Source of the DNA: Setoptus koraiensis
Lineage: Eukaryota > Animalia > Arthropoda
Assembly (NCBI GenBank): GCA_048013815.1
Contig: CM106585.1
Location: forward strand, 18,104,001-18,168,000
Direction of reading: 5' to 3'
Length of the DNA: 64,000 bases
Shown here: piece after piece, positions 12,055 through 25,064 of the stretch
Numbering within the stretch: position 1 is the first letter of the stretch
Layout: each line of letters starts with the position of its first letter
Program-made: the position numbers and the translations under genes
Notes under the pieces: generated by a model
The model's database searches: none
What the model saw: only the letters and a program-made list of their open reading frames with translations
Told to the model about the DNA's origin: nothing

Positions 12055-14341
12055 AGAGCTGAAACTGAGACAACTCTAAGAGACAACTCTTAGGGACAAC
12101 AGCATGGGTGAAAATTTATTATTATTCAAAAACATTCAGCAACAACAACAACGGCATAGAAGAGAACACTAGAGGTTGAGCTTAAAATAACGCACCGCGC
12201 TGCGATGAGCCGGCCGCACTAGTGTTAGCTAACCAATTCAATGTTGACTAACTAGCTAGCTAACGTTTTCATGTCATTCGCTAGCGAAGCAATACCGATA
12301 CAATGGTCCTATTATATAACGTAACAACAACAACGACAGCCATAGAGCACAGAAAGATTGTACATACCGCATGCGAGCAGCATATGCCAATTTCAAATTA
12401 AAAACTATCTAGACAGCGGAGGGCGCCGTTTGATAGGCGTTGGGTCAATAACACTGTCGTAGAGCAGTTTGTCTGACAAGTCACACACCTACTAGTGGCG
12501 TAGTGTGTGACTGCGTGTGTGACAGCCAAGGCAGAGAGTCTCTGTCGAACTGAATAGGCTAGACAGTAAAAGCATTTAACATGGATCATGACCGGTCAAA
12601 ACAAAGGGAAACAACTCTTGTCGTCGTTGGCTGTCGTTATTGTCGTCGTTTTATCTTATTCTTCGTTAGTTGTGTTGTCTCGTCATCTCTGTGTTGTTTC
12701 TATTTAGATTAATTTAAAATTTAAATTCAGATGTGGTGATTCGAGTTCGTTAAATTTGTTGTTGTTTGCGTAATTGATTCATAACAACAGCGAAGCGCTT
12801 GCATCGCGTCGTTGTTGGCTGCGTTGTGGCCATCCTGTGAGCTTGCAAGGATCATATCCTTCTGCTCCTCCTCACAAGCTCACAGTCTGGCAAGCGCATA
12901 ATGTCTGGATTATGACTGACTATTACTGATCGCTGTGATTGATTGCCCGGCTGCCTTGTGCGGCTTATCCCGTTCTTAATTAGGATGGGGCTCCGATGTC
13001 TATTGACACGATAACATGACAACTGAGAGGACCGATCGACATGACAATAACTAATGTGACTAATTTAAATGAATTATGGTCTATTTTTGCTTGTTAATTG
13101 CACACAGACACACATATAACACACAACGAGCGATCGAGGCAACCCTTCCAAGCGCAAATTATGTTAATATTGATTATGCGTGCCTTGTTTATGTCAAACT
13201 TTTTAAAGGGGCCCTCGAGTCAAGCGAGATCATCAACACCGTTGAATGATCGTGCCGCTGCATAATTCATTCGCGTTGACCGATTTACACAACATGTCCG
13301 GCACAGCTTGCTCTTTTTTGCTCACTCAATCGATTGTTGGCTTGGCTGTTGTTTCAGCCAACTCAACTAAGCCTGCGACGTTCAATTTTTCAACTCAAGA
13401 GCTCAAAACTTGCTCATTCACAAAAGTGACTGCTTGAGTGGTGCAGTGTTATTGGCAAACAAAAACTGGCTGGCCAGCAGCCAGTGGGGCGCAAATATAC
13501 GCGTGCATGCGACTCACAGGCAAGTTGGACCTGTTGCATTATGCACGCGTTTTATGGCGGTCGCATTGGCGGCAGCCACTCTGATTGCAGCCAATGGTTG
13601 GTTCGGAATTCGAATAACAACAGGTAAACAAGCAGTGAATGTTATCGTGATTCTTTTCCTTCGAGCGTGTGTGTGTGTGTGAGTGAGTGAGTGCCAGTGC
13701 AGCCAGAGAGCGATAGAGAAGCGAGCGAAGAATTCGAATCAGCTGGCCGCATTCCTGCCAATATTCACTACTCGCTAATGTTCTCTGTTCGAGCATGTAG
13801 CCTGAATCAATAGACTGTGTATTACGTTATGACTAGTGATGCAAATACGATTCGCGACATGGCATGGCAGGGCGCGCTTTCGCACAATACGGTTGTGTGC
13901 GTGGTGCATACCGCTCATCGCCGCCAATTCTAGCTGTGACCAAACCATTATTGACGACCATCGAAAGAATTCAAATTAATAGCCCCTTGATATACCTGTG
14001 TGTGCGTTACCTGTGCCCCGGGCTTTGCGTGCCTGTGTAGTGGTCGTTTTAACAAACATTCGGCATGGTGTGCGTGCGTGTGTTTGTCGTTGTTTGTTGG
14101 AGCGCCCACAGAAAGGAGCAACGAGGAGATGAAGATACAGACCGAGAGCAAGCAATTTTTTCTTCCTCTCTTTTTCATCATTCCTTTCTCGTTTGCCTGT
14201 TTGTGTGTGTGTATCAATTTTCAATAACAACAACAACAACAGCAACCGATGCCGGCCGCACCACAATCAGCAGCGCAGTCACACAAGCGGCCATACGAGA
14301 CTCTTGTGTGGAACTCACTGGCTGGCCGCATTCACCAGCGA

Positions 14342-14345
<4 letters not shown>

Positions 14346-14391
<46 letters not shown>
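14346..14391 (+). repeat. (GT)n microsatellite, about 23 units
   Basis: Directly visible. Confidence 0.92.
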
Positions 14392-14393
<2 letters not shown>

Positions 14394-15315
14394 AAGTCAA
14401 GGTGAAGCAGCCAGTGTTTACGATCGCATATCCACAGTATCTGCAAGAAGCCGGCCACTGAGCGTGTGTGTGTGTGTGTGTGTGGAAGCCGCAGCGTAGA
14501 CATAGCAAACAGCGGCTAAGCGGAGACCGAATCCTCCCAGTTTGTTGTTACTAATTCCCCAAGTGGTTTCAGGCTAACTATAGCATTATAGGATAATATA
14601 CTGCACACTGGCAGTGTGATACAACGCGCAGTGGTGCCGGTGGCGAACGAAAAGGTTTTACTCCAAATCGAATTGGCTGCCTTCGTCTTGGCTGTTGCCA
14701 GGCTGCCTGCAGTCGCTGCTGGCGCACTGCTCGTCTGCTGGCCGGTTGCCGGCCGGCCGGCCGGCTCACAGCGCGCCTGGCTCTGCTCACAAGCAGACTC
14801 TGCTGTGGAATCGAACTAACCTGAACTGACTCGCGAGTCGCGAGCAGCCTGTGTAGCGTGTGTGTGTGTGTTGATAGCTTTGGTCAGCGGTGGACAAGGG
14901 AGAAGCGCAGCAGTGGCAGCGCCAGCGACCATAACGCGGCGGCCGGCACTGCACACACACACAAACACACACACACACACACTATCAACAGGTCGAATTT
15001 GTTCGCTTTGGCTCGTTCGCCGTCTCGAGTTGAATCGTTCAATTGAATTCAATTTGAGCTGATTTGATTCGATTCGTTGTGGCTGCTTTAGTTGCTTTAG
15101 TGGCCAGCGCACACACACACACTCGCATTCGTATTACACGAATCAAATTCGTATCCATACAGGCATTGGTATTCACATTCATATTCACGTTGGCACAAGC
15201 GCACATTTTTGCTACTTTTTATCTTGCTTTTATCTCGCAATCAAATCGACGCCAACCGAACCGTCCCGCTGCACCGAGCCGAGCGCACCAACGAGCCAAA
15301 TCGAACTATTTGGCC

Positions 15316-15408
15316 CACACACACAAGATCGAATTTGCGACACACACGAGATCGAATTTTCAGGCACACACAAGATCGAATTTTGAAGCACACACAAAAT
15401 CGAATTTA
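15316..15408 (+). repeat. Degenerate 23-24 nt tandem repeat, about 4 copies (CACACACAAGATCGAATTT core)
   Basis: ATCGAATTT recurs at 15328, 15351, 15375 and 15399. Confidence 0.8.
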
Positions 15409-17297
15409 GAGACCAAATCGAACATTCCGGCGTGCTCGACGGAATCATCATTATTATTTCAATTAATCCAGCCAGTGCCATCGCCACGGACGGATATATT
15501 ATCACGATTGGCATTATTTTAATCTCTCACAATCACACTCAACAATTAATTAATTTATTGACTCACCGGAACGACGGCGAGCGGATTATTGTCACCAACG
15601 CACATACACCTCGCACCATCGGCCCGAAGCAACACGTTATTGGCACTGTTTTGATCGGCGGCTGTTCAAATCGTCAGGCCTTTCCCACCGTCGGGCCGTT
15701 CCAATTGTCGGGCCGCTCAAATCGTCGGGCTGTTTTAATCATCACAAAGTGGATTTGAATCACACAGCAACACTGTTGTCACCTGCTCAACGAGCAATCA
15801 TCATTATTACGTCAATTGTTATTGCGCCAATTATTAATAATATTGTTGTTGGATTTGCGACAAATCCAGCCACCAGATTGACATTTGAAGAAGAAAAAGT
15901 GCCGAGAAGCAAAGCTAAAATTAGAGCTGCTGCAAAATAGATATTGGCCAGACGGCGAAACCCAATTCACGCACACAAATGCAAGCGCAACAAATTAAAC
16001 GGTGTCACTTCTAGTCAAACGGCATATCAAATACACACATGAATGACAATCGTGTCAGCACATGCCATTACATATCCATGGCAGCGGCCACAGTCAATAC
16101 TTGTCACAGCAAACAACAAGAAGCGGCAAAAAATCAAATTTAAATCATTCACAATTCAACAGCAACAACATCAACTACAATAACAGCGACAGTGTCACCG
16201 TCTGCAAAAACAACAACAACAACCATGGCACAACAACAACAGCAACAACAACAACGACAACAACAACAGCAACAACGACAACAACGACAACAACAACAAC
16301 GCATTAAACAGGGTAAGTCGTGCATAGTCGATCCATCTGCATGCTCTAGTACAGTCAACAGTAGCCAGTCACTAGCGAATCGCTAGTGATCACTCGAGCG
16401 ACACACAGCCACGATGTTGCGCAATTGCTTCTTCGATGGCACCAGTGAATGCCATTGTGTGCTGCTATTTCTGTTTTATCCCTCTCCTCTATAATAGTTC
16501 GCCCATTTATCGTTTGAGGATGCTGAAAGATTTCCAAAACTTACATCATGTTGCTGCCTTGCTGCCAATGTCGCAAGCATCATGTAAGTGTGTATCACTT
16601 GCAATCTGTGCGCGACAATTCCACTAGCTCGGCGGTCCTCTCGTCAGCGCCTCGAGCGTTTGTGAACCAAACCACCAGTTAGTCGTGTTCTCTTTCTGGT
16701 GACAGATCAATTCTGGCAGTAACCAATCGCAGCCAATCGGTTGGCAGCAAGAACTACAGCGCTTGGCCTCCTCACATGCTGTTCGCTGTTGTTGACAGAC
16801 ATCATACGAACACTGTTGCTAGATCGCAGTGAGCATAACCGAATGAGACATTATCGCAAGAGACAGTTGTCAGACAGAGGGTCGTTCAACCGGCATCAAT
16901 GCGTGAAAAACCTAGAGGTAATCTTCATCATGAGTGAATTGCTCAGTCGCATCGCGGCCTACCACCAATAATGCTAATTGGTCTAATAATTGAGACAATC
17001 GTGAATAAATCCACATCCCAAACACAAAACCCGCTCCTAGTTCAAACACCACAATCTTCTTGTTCCATCTCAATTTCGTACACATCGTACCAGAGTTGCG
17101 AAATGCTCAATAAAGTTTTGTTAGCTAGCTGTTGCTGAAAAGTTGTAGTTACAAATGGGTACGACGCTAATAAACATGCGCTGATGTAATGAGTGCTAAT
17201 GGAAGAATTGATTGTACATTATAGAGCATCACCGATGCACATATATTAGATCGTAGGGAGGTTACGAACGTAGATCTTTAAACTTTTAAGGAGAAAT

Positions 17298-17496
17298 GTC
17301 ACACTATCGATCGGTCACACTATCGATCGGTCACAACACTGAAGGCTAGAGATCGGTCACAACACTGAAGGCTAGAGATCGGTCACAACACTGAAGGCTA
17401 GAGATCGGTCACACTATCGATCGGTCACAACACTGAAGGCTAGAGATCGGTCACACTATCGATCGGTCACAACACTAAACGCTGTAGATCGGTCAC
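17298..17496 (+). repeat. Composite minisatellite with a 10-nt core GATCGGTCAC and two alternating unit types (16 nt and 26 nt)
   Basis: Cores at 17309, 17325, 17351, 17377, 17403, 17419, 17445, 17461 and 17487. Unit A = GATCGGTCACACTATC, unit B = GATCGGTCACAACACTGAAGGCTAGA. Confidence 0.93.
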
Positions 17497-18099
17497 AATA
17501 TTTGTCACACTTTTTTTCTCGTCAGCTGAAGTATTTCTTTTTCTTTAGTTTTCCTGAAGATTTGGGAGATTGAGGGAGAACTGGGGAGTGGTAAATCAAC
17601 AGCACCTTCCCGACCTACGATCTCCCCGCCTCAGTCCATCGACTGAGGGGACAACAAGTATCATATTTACAATCAAAATAGAAAGCTCACTCAACGCTTC
17701 AATCTGGAGAACAGTTAAATAATCCTTCATTCTAACAGTTGTAACTTTGAACAACAAAACATTCTATTCACATTTGTTTAGAAGGCAATATAACACAAAA
17801 GATCGACATCGAATGACTGAACTTTCCATAGCTGTATTGGTGATATGCAAACCACAAACTCGTATAGTGCTGTGCTCTTTGCTAAGACATCAGTTCAGTA
17901 AAACAAAATTGCAAAATTGCATTCGCGATGATTCTCTCATAGATCACTCAAACGATATAACAATTATCTTTCCCTTTGCTGCTGTCGCGGTTGTCGAAAT
18001 ATACAAAATATTTCATTTCAGTTTGTTTCTTTAATCTATTTGTTATTTGTCGTCGATGACCATCATCGAGCTAGATAATTATTCTGGTTCAATCCAGTC

Positions 18100-18600
18100 T
18101 TATCTGTAGCGACGACCCCTCCTCCTGGGTTGTTCTACATATATTCCGTCCTCTTCTATTTCTTCAATATCAATATCCTCTTCTCGTGTTCTGTCTGGTA
18201 CATATCTCACTAGTCTCTCCTCTCGAACTTCCATATGAACAACTTCACGTTGAGGTCTGACCTCTCTATACTCAACGATTTCCTCATATTCTTCTTCTTC
18301 TTCATATTCTACTTCAGCCTTGATATAATACGTTCTTTGAGGTTCGCGACGGTAACGAACGCGTTCGTCGCGTGTCCTATAGGAGATAACTTCAACTTCA
18401 CGTACTCTTCTTTGTGTCACCTCTTCATATTGTGGCTCTACTCTTCTCGTGACATAGGTAACTTCTTCATCTCTGGGCCTGACATCACTAGTTACGCAAC
18501 GTTGTCTTGAGTTATAACCACCCCGACCACCTCTTTGTGCCAATGACAGCCCGACATAACAAGTGGCCACAAGGCAGATGATGAGCACTCTTGGGTACAT
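18100..18600 (-). CDS. Orphan secreted Arg/Glu/Val/Tyr-rich protein, 166 aa, single exon
   Basis: ATG at 18600 (the ORF track starts at an upstream TTG, 18612). Typical signal peptide MYPRVLIICLVATCYVGLSLA|Q, followed by a strongly biased but non-microsatellite coding sequence. No family recognised. Confidence 0.8.
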   Translation of the reverse strand: MYPRVLIICLVATCYVGLSLAQRGGRGGYNSRQRCVTSDVRPRDEEVTYVTRRVEPQYEEVTQRRVREVEVISYRTRDERVRYRREPQRTYYIKAEVEYEEEEEYEEIVEYREVRPQREVVHMEVREERLVRYVPDRTREEDIDIEEIEEDGIYVEQPRRRGRRYR

Positions 18601-18631
18601 AGTTGTTGTCAAATTTATTGATAGTTGCTAT

Positions 18632-18639
18632 CTTTTATA
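18632..18639 (-). promoter_or_regulatory. Possible TATA box (TATAAAAG) of the secreted-protein gene
   Basis: Consensus TATA about 32-39 nt upstream of the ATG; it would imply a very short 5' UTR, so it is uncertain. Confidence 0.3.
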
Positions 18640-21143
18640 ACTATACACTAAAACTTGTTGATTGATTTACTAATTATTTGTCGTTTTGATTGGGTGAGTA
18701 TTCTCACTACATTACATATCACAATTGTTAATGATCATATTTTCATTAGAAGATTGATCTCAGTTTATGAATATTATACGCAGTTATATATTGCTCTCAT
18801 TTGGCCATTTCATGAAACAAAGGACAATTAACCTCGATCGAGAATGTATAACTTCCCATACACTACCTCTGATTGTGTCAACATATCGACAACATACAAA
18901 CAGTGAGCATTTGTCACTTTTACAAATTTAAAGGTCACCACTGACGTAGGTGTTGAGATAAATATCTAATCACCATGTATAAGTGAACAACATTTGCAAT
19001 CGTCCTTGTATAAATGTTCAAGATCTGTTAATATTATCCACGTATTCAATGTCGAATGCATGAGTGATATTTATATGACTATGTATATCGACTTCTGTTT
19101 GCTTTTCTCTGATGGCCTATCACCTACAACAATTTTAGTGCAAACATCCCAATGTTGTTGAAAAAAGATCGATTCAGTAGAATCACGCTGATATCACTAC
19201 GACGATACGTGGATTGCTCCCAGTTATGTGCTCTCGTGAGGCTCCATTCTTTTGAGTTGATTTTGGAAAAAGAGTTCCTATATCCAATTCATATTTCAGA
19301 TTAGAGAGTAGCCTCTGATATGCGCAATCAAGAATGACTACCAGGGTGTCTTATGAATAACTAGAGTAACCGACATCCGTGAGAATATGTATTACTGATG
19401 TTCTCTCGTGTCAATGCGAGCAGCAAATAATTCTTAGTAATCGCATTCATGGGGTTATATCATCATGATTGTCAACTTGAACGAGCAAAAAACTGTCTCT
19501 TTATTCTAACAAATCATCATCCTCTTTTAATATTAGAACTCTATCGTAGTTTCATCTGAGAAGATCAAAGACATAAATTCGTCTCAGTTAGTTCAAGAGT
19601 TTGCGAGAACTGCAGAAGATAGACATGAAACCATTTCGAACTCATTTTGAAACTATCGAATCAATGACCCCACTCGCGGCAACAGCTTTGCGTCAATATC
19701 GACATTCCAAATTAGAATGAAGATTGAAAGTGCGGAGTGGAGAAAGAAATTGTGAGAGAGATCCGTAGAAATCTGATGCAGTTTGATGCTTTAATTTTGT
19801 CACAAAAGAGTTGCAACAGGTGACTTTAGCTGAAGCTTTGTTATCTCACAAGGCAAACCTCTTTCGGTCACTCTTTTACTATGTATCGCGAAACCGTAAT
19901 AGATATTCTTTTATCCAATTTGTTTGTCATTCCAGAGATTATTGAATGATTCTTTCCGACCTATTTGTGAATGCAGCAAGCACAGTTATTGAGAAATATA
20001 GAGAACGACGTACAAGACGCAGATTGATCTATAGAAAATTTTCAGAAAGTTGCGATTATTTCAGGAACTAGGAAAGCAGTGGAATTCTTATGCACCTTCT
20101 CTTGTTTCAATCAACCAGGAGAATGATTTTCTGTCGGATATTTGAGCTGATAGTTCACTCATTTGAGCACGAGAGAAAAGAGGTTTACCTTGTTAGCCTC
20201 TTTTAACAGTAGTACGCATCATTGTTGTCGTGAAAAATAGCCTAAAATCAAGGAAGATGCAAAGAACAAACTGCTTGACTATCACTTGATGGCATTTTTC
20301 AAGAACCATATCATACACTATGATGGACGGTCAGTCACCTCAGATAAATTTCGTAGTTTAACTACAAAAAATATCGGCGAAACAAACATGCATGTTGACT
20401 AATAATGTCAGTGAACTTTAGCGTCTCAACTAGCTGTCTCAATAGATGGGCTTGTATCAAGGAAGGCACATTGAAGAACCATATACTCCACTACGGCAAC
20501 AATGAAAGCTATTGTATGTTTAATTAATTAGCGCTAATGATCTGATTGTTAGCTAAGCCAAGCGCTGCGTGATAATAATCACAAGATTACTGGAAAATAT
20601 TGGATTGTAGAGCGAAAAAACTGGGCTTAGTAATAAAAGAAGAGATTGCCGCATTTGCTAAGTAGATTTCTAGTGCTTATACATGATAGCGCATCAATGT
20701 AAAACAAAGGATTTGGACAAGAGACAAAATGTTAGTGATGGGCGAAAGTGATTTTTTGTACTTGCTATCACTATAGCTGTAGACAACAAGAGGCAAGAGA
20801 TAAGAGAGGAGAAACCCAAAATCCGTTCCCTTCCCTTCTCACCTCACTACTCAGGCTCATAATTCTTGAACCTATTGTCGTCATCATCAGCAACATGAAT
20901 CTCAGCCTCGTCCGATCGACTGGCCATAAATAATCCTTGAGTTTCACTTGCAAACTTCGCCCTGTCGACAGCTACCAAGCGACTTGGATCGAAATTGAAA
21001 CTTTTGCCATAGCGAACAATGATGCTTGTGCTGATACTAATACACTTAATTTAGCGGTAGCTAGCGCCAAACAAGAAGACGCCAATGCCCTGTTAATTTG
21101 ATTGAGTCTATCTCGACGCTTCTTCGTTTCCATTCCAGATGCT

Positions 21144-21298
<155 letters not shown>

Positions 21299-22257
21299 AG
21301 AAAGAAAGAAAGACAGCTTGATATCCAATGTTTGTGTGTACAATAAATTAGCTAACTGTGAGGCCCAACTCGTCGAAATTTATCCCTGTTCGGGGATAAT
21401 TAGCATGAAATCTAGTTTGAAGACTCAATCCGCGCCGAGGCAGACCGATACACATAAAAGTAGCCCTGATGGTGGTTATTGTTTTTGGCCTAGGGCCAGC
21501 AATTGAGAGGAACTAGAAGAACACTCTCGTTATCTTCCGAGTTCCAATCCGAGAGACGATTTTGGCTTTTACTAGTACTACTTGACTTCTAACTCTTGTG
21601 TAATCGTCGCAATGCGACGATAGTAGCGCCATTGAGTATGCCGACTTGCGCCTCAAAAGTCAATAAGTCTGAATGAGCTCCCGAGTAAACAGACAATATC
21701 CAGCAGTATATAGGGGCTCAAATTTAAAGTATGCGCACAACTGAATATAATAACAATAATAATGATGATAATGATGATATTAATGATAACAGCAGTTGCT
21801 AGATTCATCAGTAGAATGATATGCTCGGTTATGTAACATTATGATGATGTTTGTTTGTTTACAATTGAGCTCAAATAGACACATTTAATATAAAGGCTCT
21901 AAAGAGTGAACATCATCAACTATAGTACAACAAAATTTGAATCAACCATCATTTTGTTGATACCGTGATTCACCAGTGAACTTCACCTTGATCATTAGCT
22001 ATCTGTTTGATCAATTAATATAAAAAACTACTCACCAACCAAAAACCAACTTTTGATTCTTTTATTCACTTATAATCATCATAATTAAACATACAGACAC
22101 AATTAGACAACAGAATAAAAGACAAATATCAGCTTGAAGAGAGAAACAACAAAACATAGAAATTTCAAAAACGGGGAATAAACAAGCGTCAACCAGATTA
22201 GCTGATAGTAATCAGAATTACAATAGATTATTTAGCAACAAGCGAGTGAATGAAAAA

Positions 22258-23070
22258 ATGGCTCCCAAAACACTCGCCAATGGGCAAGCACAAAACGGAC
22301 AATCGTCGACCATGGCTGGAGCAAAAGGTGCCAGAGTGAAGAAGGCCAAGCGTCAATCAGCTACCGCCGCCAATATTAATAATGAACTAGATCAACAACA
22401 AGAAAATGTACCAAAATCTGGAAATATTACTAAAGAATCGGCCTCAAAGGCTCTGCTGGCCTCAGCCAAGCCCATAATCACCGCATCAAAAGATCCTACA
22501 TCAACGATAGCCAAAAACAGTAACAGCAACAATGTCAACATTGATGGATTAACAGCTCACGTAACTACATTCGACACACTAGCGACAAACGCGACAACTC
22601 AAAAACAAGTGCCAGCTACACAAACAACTAAAATAACAAATAAATCTAATCAAATAACATCATCATCATCATCAATAGAATCAACAGCTACAGCGAAAGC
22701 AGCAATAGCAGCCGTAACATCGCCATCATTAACAACGGCGTCCACAACGACGACAACCACAACGACGCCGACAACGGCCAAGCAGCAACAAGAATCCACC
22801 CCAACTAGAAATATGAGCAACAGTGATAAAAAATCACCGACAACGCCAGCAGCAAGTGCAACACCAATTGCACCAGCAACAATTACGACAGCAACTAGTC
22901 AGCAACAAATAGCAGAAAATGAAGCCCTAAACACATTGATAAACAATATGACAAACGACGATTGTGTTTCAGTAACATCCAGAACATCATCGGCTAGAAT
23001 AAGCACGATAGACCCAGAGGAGGGCGTTAAAATTGATACAGCCCGCGTGCAACGGCGCTTCTCATCTCAG
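22258..23070 (+). CDS. LIM-domain actin-associated protein (EPLIN/LIMA1- or Xin/XIRP2-like), first coding exon, low-complexity T/S/A/N/Q-rich N-terminus
   Basis: First in-frame ATG at 22258 (MAPKTLANG); phase-0 donor CAG|GTAAGA at 23070/23071 joins the LIM exon in frame. The true start could lie further upstream (frame open from 22138). Confidence 0.75.
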
Positions 23071-23249
23071 GTAAGAGTCTGTCAATAGTAACGAAAGGGC
23101 TTGTTATTGCTATCATTGTTACAACCTACTAATGCTTGTACTTTTATATACTTGACCTCTTGCATGAAAATCACACACACAATCAAAAACAAACAAACAA
23201 ACACAATTATTGTTTTGAATAAACACTAATAATGTGATCAATGAACCAG

Positions 23250-23383
23250 CAGAACAGTCAAGAGGAGAGTTCTACGTGCAAAACATGCTCAAAGCACGTC
23301 TATCAAATGGAACGTATGATGGCCGAGAAGAATGTTTACCATAAGCAATGCTTCCGGTGCTCAGAATGTAAAATCCAGCTCAG
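23250..23383 (+). CDS. LIM-domain protein exon 2 (first part of LIM domain)
   Basis: Encodes QNSQEESSTCKTCSKHVYQMERMMAEKNVYHKQCFRCSECKIQL (CxxC...HxxCxxCxxC). Tandem CAGCAG acceptor; phase-2 donor CAG|GTGAGT at 23383. Missed by the ORF track. Confidence 0.92.
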
Positions 23384-23535
23384 GTGAGTAGCAGGTTCTT
23401 CATCTATCATCAATGGATATATCAGTAGTTGCTGCATATAAAGTGCAATGCTGTTGCAACCTGTAATAACACTCTCACATCATGTGCACAACAACAATGA
23501 CAACATTTATAAATATCCTATCCGAATACATCTAG

Positions 23536-23654
23536 GATGGACAACTACTCATCGCACGAGTCTCAACTCTACTGCAAGGCACACCACAGACAACTGTTCC
23601 AGCCCAAGGCAAAGTTCGACCAGAACAATGACGTTGAGCCAGTAACCAAGTCAA
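23536..23654 (+). CDS. LIM-domain protein exon 3 (end of LIM domain)
   Basis: Phase-2 acceptor TCTAG|G; encodes (R)MDNYSSHESQLYCKAHHRQLFQPKAKFD, supplying the final CxxH ligands; phase-1 donor A|GTGAGT at 23654/23655. Confidence 0.92.
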
Positions 23655-25064
23655 GTGAGTTTTCTCTCTCTATTTAGAAGCGTCTTTCTAGCTGCAAAAT
23701 GTCGCCCGCTTTCGCCCTCTCATGCTAAAACAAATCATGCCCAACAAGACTTTATACATATCAATTAACTACATGCTTTCTAATATGAGAGAACACAAAA
23801 GCAACAGAAGAGAAAAAGGCATAGAAACTAGTTGATACCGTTAGACCAGGTGGCTCGAATAAGGTGTGCATTGTAATGTGGTGTTTTCTAAATGCGACTC
23901 TCCAACGCTAGTGAACGCAATTCAATTCTCTTTTTGAAGCAAACATTCTGAAAATGTAGCCAGGAAGAGAGCGCACCACCATCTATTAAAAACTGATCTA
24001 CCTGAGACCGATCTGAATATTATGATGATACGTATGATGATATAGTGGCAAGTTCTTTATTTAAGTGAGCGACTTGCCCAAAATACTAATATAGCTTACA
24101 CAAAGAAAGTGCAAGTATTGTATATCATGAGCCAAACCGGAGATATAGTCAACAACTTGATGACACTCTGATATATACGCACACATACTGATATATACTC
24201 ACCGATATATTGTCAGATGTAAAACTTTCTATTATTGTTAAGTCTACTGGCTGTGTAGTGTTGAGATGACACAAACAAAGCTAGATAAAACTGAACAGTT
24301 AAGCTTGATACTATTAGAGAAAGTCGGCGCAAAGCAACAATTGACAAGGCACATACACACATGAACAGTTTGAGTAGCTTTGCAACAATTAAGTTGACCC
24401 TGCGAGACAATAAATCAGCGACAGTTACTACAAAGGGATGGAGAGAAATGTCCTGTCGAAGCTCCGTCGTCTCAAAGACAGAGGGAATGCTTCTTTTTTG
24501 TCGACTGCCACCTGTAACCGAACCATGAGACATTCGAGGTAGTGATAGTAGAGAGTAAAACTAAGAACAGAGTAGCTGATTGCTTGCCTGTCCAATACAG
24601 TGATTGAGAGAAAGAGCAAGAACAAAAGAAAGAGTGACTCCGATCTGCTATAGAGCCGATAAATAACCGTATTGTGTTCTCACACTCACCTATTATTAGT
24701 CAAATAGGGAGGTGGTGATCGATTGCTTGATTCCACATCTGCAACGACGGCGGCGATTACGATGACGACAACGACGACAATTCCAGATCGCTAGCTGCTC
24801 GAACGATAGTGAGTATGTCAGGTAGCTCATAGGCGGAGATCCGAGCCCAAAATTAGATTACACAGGTATTGTTGAGCATTTCACCCCTTTATTCTGTCGA
24901 TGCGACTGCCGCCCAAGGATGATGATGCACTGTCAGATAGAACATGAGATAATGTCTATCGGATTCTTTCGCTACCTAGAGAATATTGCCTCAGAAAGTG
25001 TCTCGATTTTGAGTGTGTGTGTGTGTGTTTCTATTTGGAAACTGTTTTAAGCAGTGTGTCAGAT

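Noticed and set aside
8200-16100. Numerous 60-150 aa ORFs between PDCD4 and 16 kb, including 15064-15522 with a hydrophobic start
   Set aside because: They overlap on several frames, are built from (CA)n, (GGT)n and (AAC)n tracts or start at non-ATG codons, and show no domain or consistent exon structure.
17298-17496. Minisatellite as a CRISPR-like array
   Set aside because: The context is eukaryotic, the core is only 10 nt, the spacers are two recurring types rather than unique, and there are no cas genes.
17629-17660. Hairpin as a Helitron 3' end
   Set aside because: No CTRR terminus at the expected distance on either strand and no Rep/helicase remnants.
19100-20500. Possible decayed transposase or pseudogene (short stop-free patches such as SSEKIKDINSSQLVQEFAR and PKIKEDAKNKLLDYHLMAFF)
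   Set aside because: I could not assign any catalytic or family motif, and all frames are frequently interrupted. A tBLASTx or Dfam search would be needed.
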